Of a DNA stretch of 64,000 nt, positions 39,119 through 51,369 are shown piece after piece. How positions within the stretch are numbered: the first letter of the stretch is position 1; every line of letters starts with the position of its first letter. The notes under the pieces were generated by a model. It was not told the DNA's origin, made no database searches, and was given only the letters and a program-made list of their open reading frames with translations. This stretch comes from an uncultured bacterium (lineage in GTDB: Bacteria; JAGOEH01), in assembly GCA_964632485.1 (NCBI GenBank), contig CAZWDO010000011.1:1-64000 (forward strand), written 5' to 3'. Position numbers and translations under genes: made by a program.

Positions 39119-39355
39119 TTACGACCGTTTACCGAATGGTAATATCCGGCCGATTAAAAATCGAAGAATTTTCCAGAATAAACTGCGAAACACAAGAAAA
39201 ACAAAAGAGGATAGCGCAATCATCACCCATCGTTTATGCAATAACTGTTTCCATTGAAAAGATTGTACGACTGAATTCCGTAACTGATGAGTGCTGGAGT
39301 CCAATTCCAATTTTTTCCGTACAATCTTTTCTTCAATTAAATCGAGCTGATTCAT
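39119..39355 (-). CDS. Small membrane protein (YqjK-like position)
   Basis: Coiled-coil plus TM segment; overlaps the previous gene of a yqjD/E-like cluster. Confidence 0.5.
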   Translation of the reverse strand: MNQLDLIEEKIVRKKLELDSSTHQLRNSVVQSFQWKQLLHKRWVMIALSSFVFLVFRSLFWKILRFLIGRILPFGKRS

Positions 39356-39716
39356 GCTGAAATCCTATGTGTTTTTTGGTACGCTCAAAATTGAAAGAAT
39401 GCTTTTGAAAACGACGCATGGCAACGAGAATCATTGTCAACGCCAGGCACATTAAAACCAGAAACGTGATCAGGACCGATATCCATAAACTTTGAGTGAG
39501 GATATACAACATTACGGCAATAAAAACAGCGCCAAAAATTAAAGCGACCAGGAGAAGGAGCATTCCGCTTAGTATTAAAAGAAGACTTCCCAGCAATGGG
39601 GTCAGTTGTTGCCAAAATTCCTGAATAAACAGATTAAATTCAAGCCGAAATAAATTGATATACTCAATTAAGACATCTTTAATTTTTTGAAAAATCAGAT
39701 TCTTTCCTGAAAACAT
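39333..39716 (-). CDS. Phage-holin-family/YqjE-like two-TM membrane protein
   Basis: INLFRLEF then two hydrophobic helices; follows the DUF883 gene. Confidence 0.6.
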   Translation of the reverse strand: MFSGKNLIFQKIKDVLIEYINLFRLEFNLFIQEFWQQLTPLLGSLLLILSGMLLLLVALIFGAVFIAVMLYILTQSLWISVLITFLVLMCLALTMILVAMRRFQKHSFNFERTKKHIGFQHESARFN

Positions 39717-39743
39717 GATTATTTAATTCCGTTCATCTCGCGG

Positions 39744-40025
39744 TTAGCGGCGAAAAAGTTTGGATAAAATAAAACCAGCGCCAAAAGCGATCAATAACGA
39801 TTTAATTGGATTTTTCTTGACGTATTCGGTAGATTCATTCAACCAACGTTCCGCATATTGAGTTTTCCATTCCATTACACTTTCCTTCACGTCGCTATAG
39901 ATGTCTTCGCCTTTGTGTTTAATCTCCTCTGCGCGATCATTGATTTCAGTCAATAAATGTTCCTTGGTTTCTCCATAAGCTTCTTGCAAAGTTTCGGTTT
40001 TCATAGATTTGGCTTTTGCCGGCAT
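39744..40025 (-). CDS. DUF883 (ElaB/YqjD-like) tail-anchored protein
   Basis: C-terminal YVKKNPIKSLLIAFGAGFILSKLFRR. Confidence 0.8.
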   Translation of the reverse strand: MPAKAKSMKTETLQEAYGETKEHLLTEINDRAEEIKHKGEDIYSDVKESVMEWKTQYAERWLNESTEYVKKNPIKSLLIAFGAGFILSKLFRR

Positions 40026-40182
40026 GGATTCTCTCCTTTGGTAAAAATTTTTTAATTCAGAGTCTGTCTAAATCAGAATTCTGTAAGTTTTATTTTATAG
40101 CGTATGTTTTTCAAGCCATTAGCAAGACAGACTTGAATACAAACGCATATTAATAAAACAACTTACAGACTAACCCTATTTA

Positions 40183-40211
40183 ATTATAACCGAAAGTGAT
40201 CTCTTTGTCAA
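40183..40211 (-). promoter_or_regulatory. Consensus sigma70 promoter of the DUF883 operon
   Basis: TTGACA-17-TATAAT on the - strand. Confidence 0.7.
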
Positions 40212-40242
40212 TTCTTTTTTAAAAAAAAATAAAATTTGGGAT

Positions 40243-40277
40243 AAAAAAAAAGAGGCATTTTTAAATGCCTCTTTTTT
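40243..40277 (-). terminator. Rho-independent terminator of eno
   Basis: AAAAAAGAGGCATTT/AAATGCCTCTTTTTT hairpin with A/T tails. Confidence 0.85.
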
Positions 40278-40294
40278 ATTTAGAAGATAATCTA

Positions 40295-41590
<1,296 letters not shown>

Positions 41591-41601
41591 TTAAAGGTTA
41601 A

Positions 41602-41859
41602 TTATTCAGATTCAGCAATTTTTTTCTGCGCAAAGAACAGCAGCGCTGATCCCAAAATCAGAAAAAAGACGCCCATTATCAAAATACTGCCCTGTGGAAC
41701 ATGAGTCCACTCAGAGACAAAATGGTACTCAACTCCCCAGGAGTAATTCACTAAAACTTCCCACAGGGGCATGGAACCTAAACCAATCAACATGTAACTT
41801 AAAAGTTTTAACAAAAACATATTGCCTCCCAGCGTTCGTTTTTTTTTATTATAACACAT
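41602..41859 (-). CDS. Small two-TM hypothetical membrane protein
   Basis: Two hydrophobic segments; GGAGG RBS before an internal ATG (MFLLK). Confidence 0.5.
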   Translation of the reverse strand: MCYNKKKRTLGGNMFLLKLLSYMLIGLGSMPLWEVLVNYSWGVEYHFVSEWTHVPQGSILIMGVFFLILGSALLFFAQKKIAESE

Positions 41860-41986
41860 TTAACCTCAATTGGCAAGCATTTTTTTTAATTAGTTGAAAA
41901 TAAAAATAAAATATTGTCTTGATTTTTTACATATTTTTTTTTATTCTATGGCAGTTTGAAAACAAATTTGAAAGGAGATTTACACA

Positions 41987-42955
41987 ATGCGAATATTATC
42001 CGGCATCCAACCTTCGGGGCGTTTACACCTGGGCAATTATTTTTCCATGATGAAACGGATGATCCATTATCAGGATACCGCTCAACTTTTTTGTTTTATC
42101 GTCAATTTTCATGCCCAGACCACGGTGATTGACGGCGATACATTGAAAAATAATACGCAGGAAGCCATTTTGGATTTTTTATCTTTGGGTCTTGATCCGG
42201 AAAAAGCGATTTTTTGGGTGCAGAGCGATGTACCGGAAGTGTTGGAATTGGCGTGGTACCTTGGCAACTTCACACCAATCGGATTGCTTGAACGCAGCCA
42301 TTCCTATAAAGACAAATTAGCCAAGGGTGTGGCGCCCAATACAGGGCTATTTTATTACCCTGTACTTATGGCCGCCGACATTTTGCTTTATCAAGGCGAA
42401 AAAATCCCTGTGGGCAAAGATCAAAAACAACATATCGAGATATCCCGCGATATTGCTATTAAATTCAACAATACGTACGGCAATATTTTTATACTACCCG
42501 AACCTGAAATTGATGAGAATCTGGCATTAATCCCAGGCATTGATGGCCAAAAAATGTCAAAATCTTATAACAACACGATCGATATCTTCAGTGATCATGG
42601 CACCTTAAAAAAACGCATTATGGCCATCGTTACTGATGCCGCGCCGGTAGAAGCGTCTAAAGATCCCGATAAATGCAACCTTTATGCCATTTACAAATTA
42701 TTTCTGGACGAGGCTGGGAAACAATCACTTCGGGACCGCTATTTAGCGGGAGGGCTCAAATATAGCGTTGTAAAAAAGGAAATGGTCGAGGTCATTTATA
42801 GCCACTTCGAACCCTATCGAAAAAAACGGGAAGAATTAGCAGCTCATTTGGATCATGTGAATGCGATCATGCAAAATGGAGCGGATAAAGCCCGGGCAAT
42901 TGCGGTGGATACGCTTGATAAAGTACGTCAGGTAACCGGCATTTGCTATCGCTGA
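41987..42955 (+). CDS. trpS: Tryptophan-tRNA ligase
   Basis: SGIQPSG.LHLGNY (HIGH), PVGKDQKQH, KMSKS. Confidence 0.98.
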   Translation: MRILSGIQPSGRLHLGNYFSMMKRMIHYQDTAQLFCFIVNFHAQTTVIDGDTLKNNTQEAILDFLSLGLDPEKAIFWVQSDVPEVLELAWYLGNFTPIGLLERSHSYKDKLAKGVAPNTGLFYYPVLMAADILLYQGEKIPVGKDQKQHIEISRDIAIKFNNTYGNIFILPEPEIDENLALIPGIDGQKMSKSYNNTIDIFSDHGTLKKRIMAIVTDAAPVEASKDPDKCNLYAIYKLFLDEAGKQSLRDRYLAGGLKYSVVKKEMVEVIYSHFEPYRKKREELAAHLDHVNAIMQNGADKARAIAVDTLDKVRQVTGICYR

Positions 42956-42964
42956 GTGTAAAAT

Positions 42965-43648
42965 ATGTTCCCTGATCCAAAAACAAAAGCGATATTATTT
43001 GATTTTGACGGCATTCTGGTCGATTCGGAACCCTATTATTTTCAGGCTTGCGACCGGGCCCTGTCGGAGATCGGACTGCATATTGATGAAGCCGATTATT
43101 ACCGTGATTTAACGCAAGCCGGTCTGGGGATGGAATATGAACTGGAATTAATGGGCATTGAGATGAGCGCTGAAGCGTTTAATGATCTGGAACGTAAACG
43201 TATGAGTTATTATCACGAATATTGCGCGCAGGGCGCTATCAGGCTAATTCCGGAAATGGTTTACAGCGTCATGCGATTACTATCCGTCGGATACCAGGTC
43301 ATGATCGCTTCCAATACACCGCAGCCGCTAATTCAATTGCTGTTTGAAGTCAATCAGATAACCCCTCCCTGCCCTATAATCGGCAAACCAGTCGGCTTGC
43401 GAGGCAAACCCGAACCTGACATCTTCATTTATGCCGCTGGTCGGGCAAATTGTTCACCGGCTGAATGCCTGGTCGTAGAAGACGCTGCCAAAGGACTGGT
43501 GGCAGCTCAAAAAATTGGAATGCCCACAGCGCATATTGAAACCCCGCAATGGCAATATAATACACAGGAAGTTACCGGGGATTACCATTTCCCTGAACAC
43601 GAAAGTTTCATCCGCGCTGTCAAGCGCATCCCCCCCAAACACCCTTAG
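42965..43648 (+). CDS. HAD-superfamily phosphatase (beta-phosphoglucomutase-like)
   Basis: FDFDGILVDSE, GKPEPDIF, VVEDAAKG. Confidence 0.92.
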   Translation: MFPDPKTKAILFDFDGILVDSEPYYFQACDRALSEIGLHIDEADYYRDLTQAGLGMEYELELMGIEMSAEAFNDLERKRMSYYHEYCAQGAIRLIPEMVYSVMRLLSVGYQVMIASNTPQPLIQLLFEVNQITPPCPIIGKPVGLRGKPEPDIFIYAAGRANCSPAECLVVEDAAKGLVAAQKIGMPTAHIETPQWQYNTQEVTGDYHFPEHESFIRAVKRIPPKHP

Positions 43649-43682
43649 TCGGAGATCAATCCGGCATCCAGTAGTAAAAGAT

Positions 43683-43780
43683 GGATTCCTGCCTTCGCAG
43701 GAATGACGCCTTTGTCCCTCATGCCGGAGTGACTGAAGGGAGATACCCCCTCACCCTACCCTCTCCCAAGGGGGAGGGAA
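43683..43780. repeat. Two REP-like palindromic intergenic elements
   Basis: GGATTCCTGCCTTCGCAGGAATGAC and CCCCTCACCCTACCCTCTCCCAAGGGGGAGGG. Confidence 0.5.
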
Positions 43781-43781
43781 T

Positions 43782-43814
43782 AAAAAAAAGGGAGTCCCCA
43801 GCGGAACTCCCTTT
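43782..43814 (-). terminator. Rho-independent terminator of the second TBDR-PorV operon
   Basis: AAAGGGAGT/ACTCCCTTT stem with a T-run on the - strand. Confidence 0.75.
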
Positions 43815-43837
43815 AATTCATTCAAACGGATAACTAT

Positions 43838-44872
43838 TTAGAATTGCACGCTCATTGAAAAGCGATGAACATTGGTAAGAATGCCAAATTGTGAGTAAGC
43901 GTAATCGATTTTCAATCCCACCTGGTTGTTCATAATCGGATAAAGCACCCCGAAACCGGCGCTCAAACCTTCTTCAGAATCTTTCATAAATAAGGACTGA
44001 TACCCGGCGCGCAGGAACAATTTTTCCCAAATCCCGTATTCCATGCCCACATTCATCGATTCGGAATTATTGTTGGGATGAAGGGCGTCCACCGCCATGG
44101 TCAACCGCTGAAGATCATTCTTGAGCACGTCCATGGAAAGGCCGACGCGAAAAATAAGCGGTAAGGGATACTTTTCAGTCTGCAGATTGGAGTAGATGCG
44201 ATCGTTATTGCCTTGATTATCCACATCCGTGTCATAGTAGGTAAACACATCGCGACCTGAAAGCTGCATTTTTCCACCGTAATTGGACATGCTCATGCCG
44301 ATTTTCATGCCGCGGAACTGAGTGGTGAACAACGTACCCAAATCGAACGCAATCTGCGAAGCCGACATGTTCATAATATTCTGGCTGACGTACTTGGCAT
44401 TGAACCCAATGGAGAAGCGATCGGTCAGATTGCGGGCAAAGGATAGTCCGATACACAAATCGCTGGGGCTGAATTTCAATCCAGCGTTACCTTCCGGATC
44501 GGCAATCGTGGTTACCAACATATCATCCATTGAGAGCGCTGTGTAGGATGCACCCACCGTACCTATGCCAGCCAGAGGGATGACGATTCCCAGAAAATTG
44601 TAACTCACATCCGCCAGCCATTGCGTGTGGACGAAAACGAATTCGTTGCGGGCTACGCGGGAAATGCCTCCCGGATTCCAATAAAGAGCGGATGCGTCAT
44701 TGGCGATAGCGACAAATGCCCCGCCCATAGCAATCGCCCGGGGACCGGCGCCGATTTCTAAAAACGAAGCCGAGGTGGTCGCAACTTTGGTTACGGACTC
44801 AGCATGGCTGATTCCGACCAGCAACGCCAAATTCAGGATAATCAATCGGAAAAATTTTATCTGGTTTTTCAT
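43838..44872 (-). CDS. PorV/PorQ (UPF0164)-family outer-membrane beta-barrel
   Basis: SFLEIGAGPRAIAMGGAFVAIANDASALYWNPGG; C-terminal HRFSMSVQF. Confidence 0.88.
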   Translation of the reverse strand: MKNQIKFFRLIILNLALLVGISHAESVTKVATTSASFLEIGAGPRAIAMGGAFVAIANDASALYWNPGGISRVARNEFVFVHTQWLADVSYNFLGIVIPLAGIGTVGASYTALSMDDMLVTTIADPEGNAGLKFSPSDLCIGLSFARNLTDRFSIGFNAKYVSQNIMNMSASQIAFDLGTLFTTQFRGMKIGMSMSNYGGKMQLSGRDVFTYYDTDVDNQGNNDRIYSNLQTEKYPLPLIFRVGLSMDVLKNDLQRLTMAVDALHPNNNSESMNVGMEYGIWEKLFLRAGYQSLFMKDSEEGLSAGFGVLYPIMNNQVGLKIDYAYSQFGILTNVHRFSMSVQF

Positions 44873-44900
44873 ATCAATATGACTCCTTCGCGATCATAGA

Positions 44901-47900
44901 TTACTTGATTATGGCGAATTTGCCGATTTTTTCACCAATACCGGGTGCATCGACATGGAAAATATAAACACCATAGGAGATTTCCAAACCATCCTTGGAA
45001 ATCAGGTCCCACGATTCGGATCCATCGTTCATCGCTCCGTTATGCTCGATTGTATCGACCAAGTAGCCGTTGATGGTAAAAATTTTGATTGTACATTTTT
45101 GGGGCAGATGAATGAAATCGATTTTCTGCTCACCCCGGCCATAATCGAAGAAGTTCTGAGGTTCCCAACTGGCGACGACAACATAGGGGTTAGGGACGAC
45201 ATGAATGCGGTCCATTTGGCTCTTGGCCTGGGTATTATCCACATAGGCGGCAGTCGATCGAAACGCATAGCTATCCTGATGATCGAAGGGCTTGATGAAT
45301 ACCAGACTGTAAACATCGCCGCTTTGCGGGTCCACGTTGAGCGCGATGCGGGTAGTGTCGGGAGGTGTAACCATCGTATCAATAATCACCGAATCGGGTT
45401 TCACAGACAGCCGGAACTGCCAAGTTCCACGCGTTGAGGCGCTTCCGGTTCCAGGACGGACGATGATAATATCGTCCCCGCTGGAAAACTTCTTATCCTT
45501 GTCTCCATCGCGGTTAACGTATTCCCATTCCTCGTTTAATGACGTATTCATGATAATGAACGGCGATGGATATTTGTACTGGACATCCCGGGATACTGAA
45601 TCGCCGATGGCGCCCTGAAAACGGATTTCAAAATCGTAATTGATCCCGGCTCCGGCGCGGAATTCCTTAAAATTATCCAGAATCCAGTTACAATTTCCCA
45701 AAACCCATTTGGCTTTGGATGTATCTATTTCCAATTTCTCTTCGTTATAGACAAAAAGATGCATGCCCTCGAAAATCGGATTTGTCAGTTCGCCGTCAAG
45801 CAATCCACTATGAAAGACTGGATAGTATAGATAATCAATGGAATAGCTGGAGCCAAACGCCATGGTACCGTTGGCAAGCATGCGTATCTGGCCGGTGACA
45901 TAGTTGATCTCGTAATCGACGCCAGTCTGAAAGGAGCTGTTCTGTACCACGACCGAAGCGGAATCGAGTCCGGTATGTCCCAAATCGATCCAGGAAGTAT
46001 CGGCAATGAAGGATTCCGTAACAGGTTGCTCATTCTTCAATGAATAGACAAGGGCGTTAGAACCGGCTGTCGTATCCATAGCCGAATCAAAGTGGATGGT
46101 ATAATTCCAGCCATCCTGAACGACCAATGGATCGACAATGCGAACATCGATGCGGCCCGTGCCGAATCCGGCGGTCTGCTCAATGGCGCCATCGCTGGTG
46201 GAAAGATCGGAAGGGAAGATAAACCCGGCAGCCGGAGACTCGGGGGTAATCACCACGGTATTAATATCGGTGGAGAGCACTTTGCCCAAGGGGTCGGTGC
46301 GGATGATTTTGCTGCATTCGGAGGGAGCGATTTGGGGCAGATAGGGTAATGGAGAAATTCCTTTTTCGTAAAAATCGGAATAATAGCCCTGGTCGTAGGA
46401 AACCACGGCGTAGTAATAAGTCTGGCCGTTTTGAACATCAGTGTCGGTCCAAGAGTATTGCAGTCCGTTATCCGTGCCCATGTCGTACTGGATGCCGTTG
46501 AAGGCCACCGGATGGGGACCGCGCAGGCCATTGTTACGGTCGAACTGAGCCACCGGTTTGTTATAGGTCGGATTGCCCCAGGCGTCGGTGATCGACCAGC
46601 CTTCGAGGAAATTGGGATCGCGGGATTTGTAGATGCGATATCCCTCAAAATCATAACCGTAGATATGATCCTTGGAGATTTCTGCCTTGCGGTCCCAATA
46701 AAGGGTTACCTTGCCATCGCCGGCTATGGCCGCTACCATGGGCTTGTTCGGAGCTTTGGCGAAGGCGTAATCGGCGTCGTAGATTTTCTGCATGGTAGTG
46801 GCATTGCGTTTGATATCGTCGGCATCTTCGCCGAAGAGCATGGCAATGGAAAATTTACGGGTTTCATTGGGATAGAGGGGGAAATAGCCGGACCCGTAAA
46901 GGAACTGCAAGTCCTTGGTCTGTTGCGGAATATTGAAGCTCTCTCCGGTATTGGGCAGGGTCCATTCCCAAAGCATTTCATCCTCCTCGGCCGTAATATT
47001 GGGCCAGACGTCGGCCAGGAAGCTGGTCAAGCCGATCTGATCCGATTCATCATTATCGGTTAATTCGAAATTCGGCTCACCCAAATCCGGTACGCCATTA
47101 CCTTCGCTGCCGTCCACGTCCGGTCCCGGATATGCCGGGTCATCCTTGGGAATCCCATCGGTTCCGACATCGTCAGTTTCAGCATTCCAATCGCCATCAT
47201 TATCGATCCCATCGGATTGACTTTCATCGATGATTCCATCGCCATCATTATCAATACCGTCATTGGGATTGCCTGGAGATTCCAAAAATTTAAATCCGAA
47301 AAAAGCCGGCCGACCGCCCCAAACGCCCTTCATATCGGAATCATATTGGAACACCATGTTGAAAGTGGTGTCCCAATCTGCGTTATCGTCTTTCTGGTCG
47401 CCGTCATCACCGACGTCTGCATCGCCGTACATGCCAAAAACCACCTTTTCATAATTGGTCTTGCCCATATTGGTGATCATGTAGGTCCATATCAGGATGT
47501 CCTCGGCGGCGGGGTTGGACCACTGGTAACCGCGGACACTCACTTTAAGACCCAAACCAGCCATCGTAGTGTCGGACGGATCCGGATAAAATGGAAACTC
47601 GTTGTTGTAGAAATCATTCATTACGAAATAGGATTCCTGATCGGCGCGGCTGTATTTTCCGTATTGGCCGTTCCAGTCGCCATCCCAGCTCGCGTCACGA
47701 TCCGGCCAATGATTAGGCCAAGTGGTCGAATCGTCGCTCATGGCGATTTTCTCTTCGGCCGGCGATACCGTATGGTCCACACCGGTATAACCCGCATAGG
47801 GCCAGAAAATCAAGGGTTCCTTAGTGATCGGATGTTGATCGTTCAAGCTGGTGCTGCCGATGCCATCACTGAAAATATGGATGACTTTTTGGTTGTTATT

Positions 47901-48209
47901 GACAACTTCGGAACCGACCATGGGGCTGAATTCTGCCAAATAACTATGGCCCGAGCCTTTGGGATAGATTCCGCAGCGGATACGCGATCCCACCCACCAT
48001 TCGCCGATGGTGCCGTAATTGGTGAAAGCGGTTAAAATGCGGTTACCGTCATGCACGCCGAACAGTTGCCGGCCTTTCGACGAATCGCCCAGCATCGGTT
48101 TATACAAATTTTTAGGATAAACTGGTTTTTCATCTTCGTGATCGGCGGCGAAACCCGTCATCGCGCTGAATAAAACCAATATGAAGGAAAAAAGAAATAA
48201 TCGTTTCAT
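44901..48209 (-). CDS. Large secreted protein with Asp-rich Ca-binding repeats, an FN3-like region and a T9SS-like C-terminal domain
   Basis: Signal peptide MKRLFLF; DGIDNDGD twice; GDGKVTLYWD...FEGYRIYKS...YYYAVVSYD; IHVVPNPY...LPQKCTIKIFTINGYLV...WDL...GVYIFHV. Confidence 0.8.
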   Translation of the reverse strand: MKRLFLFSFILVLFSAMTGFAADHEDEKPVYPKNLYKPMLGDSSKGRQLFGVHDGNRILTAFTNYGTIGEWWVGSRIRCGIYPKGSGHSYLAEFSPMVGSEVVNNNQKVIHIFSDGIGSTSLNDQHPITKEPLIFWPYAGYTGVDHTVSPAEEKIAMSDDSTTWPNHWPDRDASWDGDWNGQYGKYSRADQESYFVMNDFYNNEFPFYPDPSDTTMAGLGLKVSVRGYQWSNPAAEDILIWTYMITNMGKTNYEKVVFGMYGDADVGDDGDQKDDNADWDTTFNMVFQYDSDMKGVWGGRPAFFGFKFLESPGNPNDGIDNDGDGIIDESQSDGIDNDGDWNAETDDVGTDGIPKDDPAYPGPDVDGSEGNGVPDLGEPNFELTDNDESDQIGLTSFLADVWPNITAEEDEMLWEWTLPNTGESFNIPQQTKDLQFLYGSGYFPLYPNETRKFSIAMLFGEDADDIKRNATTMQKIYDADYAFAKAPNKPMVAAIAGDGKVTLYWDRKAEISKDHIYGYDFEGYRIYKSRDPNFLEGWSITDAWGNPTYNKPVAQFDRNNGLRGPHPVAFNGIQYDMGTDNGLQYSWTDTDVQNGQTYYYAVVSYDQGYYSDFYEKGISPLPYLPQIAPSECSKIIRTDPLGKVLSTDINTVVITPESPAAGFIFPSDLSTSDGAIEQTAGFGTGRIDVRIVDPLVVQDGWNYTIHFDSAMDTTAGSNALVYSLKNEQPVTESFIADTSWIDLGHTGLDSASVVVQNSSFQTGVDYEINYVTGQIRMLANGTMAFGSSYSIDYLYYPVFHSGLLDGELTNPIFEGMHLFVYNEEKLEIDTSKAKWVLGNCNWILDNFKEFRAGAGINYDFEIRFQGAIGDSVSRDVQYKYPSPFIIMNTSLNEEWEYVNRDGDKDKKFSSGDDIIIVRPGTGSASTRGTWQFRLSVKPDSVIIDTMVTPPDTTRIALNVDPQSGDVYSLVFIKPFDHQDSYAFRSTAAYVDNTQAKSQMDRIHVVPNPYVVVASWEPQNFFDYGRGEQKIDFIHLPQKCTIKIFTINGYLVDTIEHNGAMNDGSESWDLISKDGLEISYGVYIFHVDAPGIGEKIGKFAIIK

Positions 48210-48222
48210 GTCATTCCTCTCG

Positions 48223-50893
48223 TTAGAAACTGACTTTGACGCCGAATTTGACCAAACGCGGTTCCGAATAATAATCCGGTCTGACCGGCCATTCGCGGAT
48301 ATAGTCCCGTACCGGAACCTTGGTTTGTTCATCCACTATATCATAGGTGGCGCGGCCCGTGGCATCGTACACCAGGTCTTCGTTTTTGGTATCAAACAAG
48401 TTATACACAGTGCAAAAGAGCGTATAATTCATGNNNNNNNNNNACATTGAAACGATTGGGTTTGCGCGCGCTGTTGACAATGCCTGAGGCCTGACTCAAC
48501 GAGGTTTTTTCCGGGGTATAGGGCAATCCGGTGCCGTAGTTGCCGATCAGGCTCAGCATCCAGTTGTTGAGCACGCCTATAGAGAGCGTACCATTGATGG
48601 TATGGCGCTGGTCCCAATCCAATGGCACCTTCATCTTGATGATATCATTGAAATCATCCACCACGGCGGCTTGTTCAGCATCGGTCTGGTTGCCTTCCGA
48701 CACAGCGTACGAATAATCAAGATGAGCGGAAAAGAAATTAGAAAAACGCTTGTCGAAGGCAAAGGTAATACCCTTCACATCGCCAAAATCCAGGTTGTAA
48801 TAAATCGAACGAGCCACTTCGCCGCCCTGCCACATCAGCTTACGGGTATATGAATTGGTCAGGTTGCGGATATCCTTATAGTAAGCCGTTACATCAAACG
48901 CGATATCCTGCGTCAGTTGCTGCTGTAGACCTACTTCATACTGCACGGTGAGCTGAGGCTTCAAGCTGGCGTTGCCAAAGGTGGATTGGCCATCGACTTC
49001 AAAATCGCTATTCAGATATAAATTCTGATATTCAGGCAATTGCTGGAAATGTCCATAGGAAAAATGAATGATACCCTGATCCGTGATCGGATAAGAAACT
49101 CCTAAGCGCGGGCTGATGAAATTGTTCACCTTGGCATCGGTTTTCGGCTGGGTGATATCATTGAAATCCGGTACTAAAGATGCCGGATCGAAATACTCAT
49201 ATCGAGCGCCGATGTTGACGATAAAATCTTCCAATTCGATTTTATCCTGGATAAAAGCCGCGAAATAAATTGGTTTCTTGTCATAAACATCGCGCGTCGG
49301 GGAGGTCTTGGCCGTTTCTTCATCGAAATACTTGAACAGGCTATCGTCATCATCGAAGAAAATTTCACGGTAATCATAGCTGATATCGCTAAATGATTGC
49401 TCGATACCAGCCTTGACCTGATGGTTCTTGTTGAGCTGGGAAGTGATTTCGCCCTTCAACTCGAATACCTTGGAATAACGGTTTGTCCGGTCGAGACGAA
49501 TCCCGGAAGCGTTAAACTCGGCGCCGTTAAAGGCATTGCTGATGGCTACGGGATTGTAATACTCGTCATTCAACCATTTGTTATTGGGTTCGGCGACCGC
49601 ATACTGATCAAAGTGGTTATAAAGATATTTCGCCCTCAATATATAGAACGTATTGGGCGATAAGGTATGATTCAAATTGGCGATGATGGTGTAATTGTTG
49701 TTGTAATAGGTATAATCCCCATCCGGATTGTATTTGTAGGCATGATGATAAAGCCGATATTCCTTATCGCCGACATTGGTGTTGAGATTGAATTTTAGAT
49801 TTGTCGAAATTTGCCAGGTCAGTTTGAACTGGCCGGAGTATTCACGACGATTGTTCAACGACACCACCTTGTCTGAACCGAACATTTCGTTCCCGTTTTC
49901 ATCCACATTGGGAATCAGATACCCATCCTCGTCCTTGTCAGACGAATAGGTGGTGGGTAGATATTTTCGTTTGCCGAAGTAGTAGCCGCCATCTTCCAAC
50001 CAGCGGCCGGAAGCGAAAAACGAAAGCTTGTTGTTGATGATCGGGCCTTCAATATTGAATTGTAAATCATTGATTGCTATGGGATTAAAATTATTGATAT
50101 TGAAAAAAATGTCATTGTGATTGCTCAAGTAATCGCCAAGAGATAAATTAAGATCGCCACTATAGCGGCTGAAATTGCCCTCTTTGGTGACGATATTGAT
50201 AATACCGGACATCGCCTGGCCGTATTCGGCATTAAAGGTGCCGCTGATCAACTGCAGTTCCTGAATCGAGTTGTTCTCGATGGAAACGCCCATTGAATAA
50301 TTGTAGGGATCGGTCACGGAAATGCCATCGACCAAAAATCCGACTTCGTTGGAACGGCCGCCGCGAATGTGCATTTCACCACTGCTACCAAGAACGACGC
50401 CGGCCTGCTGGTTGATCACATCGGCGAAATTGTCCACCGGCATGGCATCGATCTGATCGCTACCCACCATGGCCTGGCTCGAGGTTATATCCTTGCGCAC
50501 CAACATCTTCTCGGCAACAATTACCTGTTCTTCGCCCTGGATCGCCTCCACACCCAATGGAAATTCCAATTTGGTCGTCAAATCAATGTTCACATTGACC
50601 TGGGTGATCTTCATGGTCTTGTAACCAATCATCATGGCTTTGATCGTATAGATTCCTGGATCTATGTTCAAAATTGAAAAATACCCATCCATGTCTGTAG
50701 CCGCACCCATTTTTGATGCTATATCCACCTCAAATTCATCAAACCATATTGCATCAATGATCAAATTAGCGCTCGGTAACCCTTCACCCGTTTCCGCATC
50801 AATGACCCGTCCGGCAATTTTACCGGTTGTTCCGGCCAGCGCAAAACTGCACATAACCAACAACAAGGCACTAATCAACAATTTAGGTTTCAT
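48223..50893 (-). CDS. TonB-dependent receptor; interrupted by the 10-N gap, so split into two ORFs in the track
   Basis: GTTGKIAGRVIDAETG, HIRGGRSNEV, SGTFNAEYGQAMSG, SPRLGVSYPITD; the C-terminal ...YNLFDTKN...EPRLVKFGVKVSF lies after the gap. Confidence 0.9.
48434..48443. other. Assembly gap (10 N)
   Basis: Run of N. Confidence 0.99.
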
Positions 50894-51369
50894 CAACCCT
50901 CCTTGGTTTTGATTGTTTACTGAAACCGACTTAAAAAAGCATTTGCAAATCTACTACTGATTTTTTGTCAAAAGCACAATGTATTGGGAAACAATGAGTT
51001 AGGTCAAAATATCCCAAATACGTTATTATTAATATACTTAAAAAACAACAAATGTCAACATTTTTCTTTTGAATTATTTTTTTTTTTTGATATCGGTATT
51101 CAGTCCAGAGCCCCACTAAAAAAACTGATATTTTAAAATCGGATCAGTACCTGGATAAATTTGAGTTACTATTAAATCTCTTTTAGTTTTAATTGCGACA
51201 TTTCATTCCTCGATTTTAACATTCCTTGAATTAACTTATAGAAACCGGATCTGAGAGTTTATCGTATCAATTTCCTTAATTTTGAACACCCATTAATTTA
51301 AAATAACTCTTGACTTTTATCCATTAATTTTGTATGTTCAATACAACACTTCATCAAACAGAGGATATT

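Noticed and set aside
39333-39716. Prophage lysis gene
   Set aside because: The holin-like family here sits in a chromosomal DUF883/yqjDE-like cluster with no endolysin or other phage genes
48223-48480. Separate small gene or real frameshift at the end of the second TBDR
   Set aside because: The frame change coincides with the 10-N placeholder gap; it is the receptor's C-terminus
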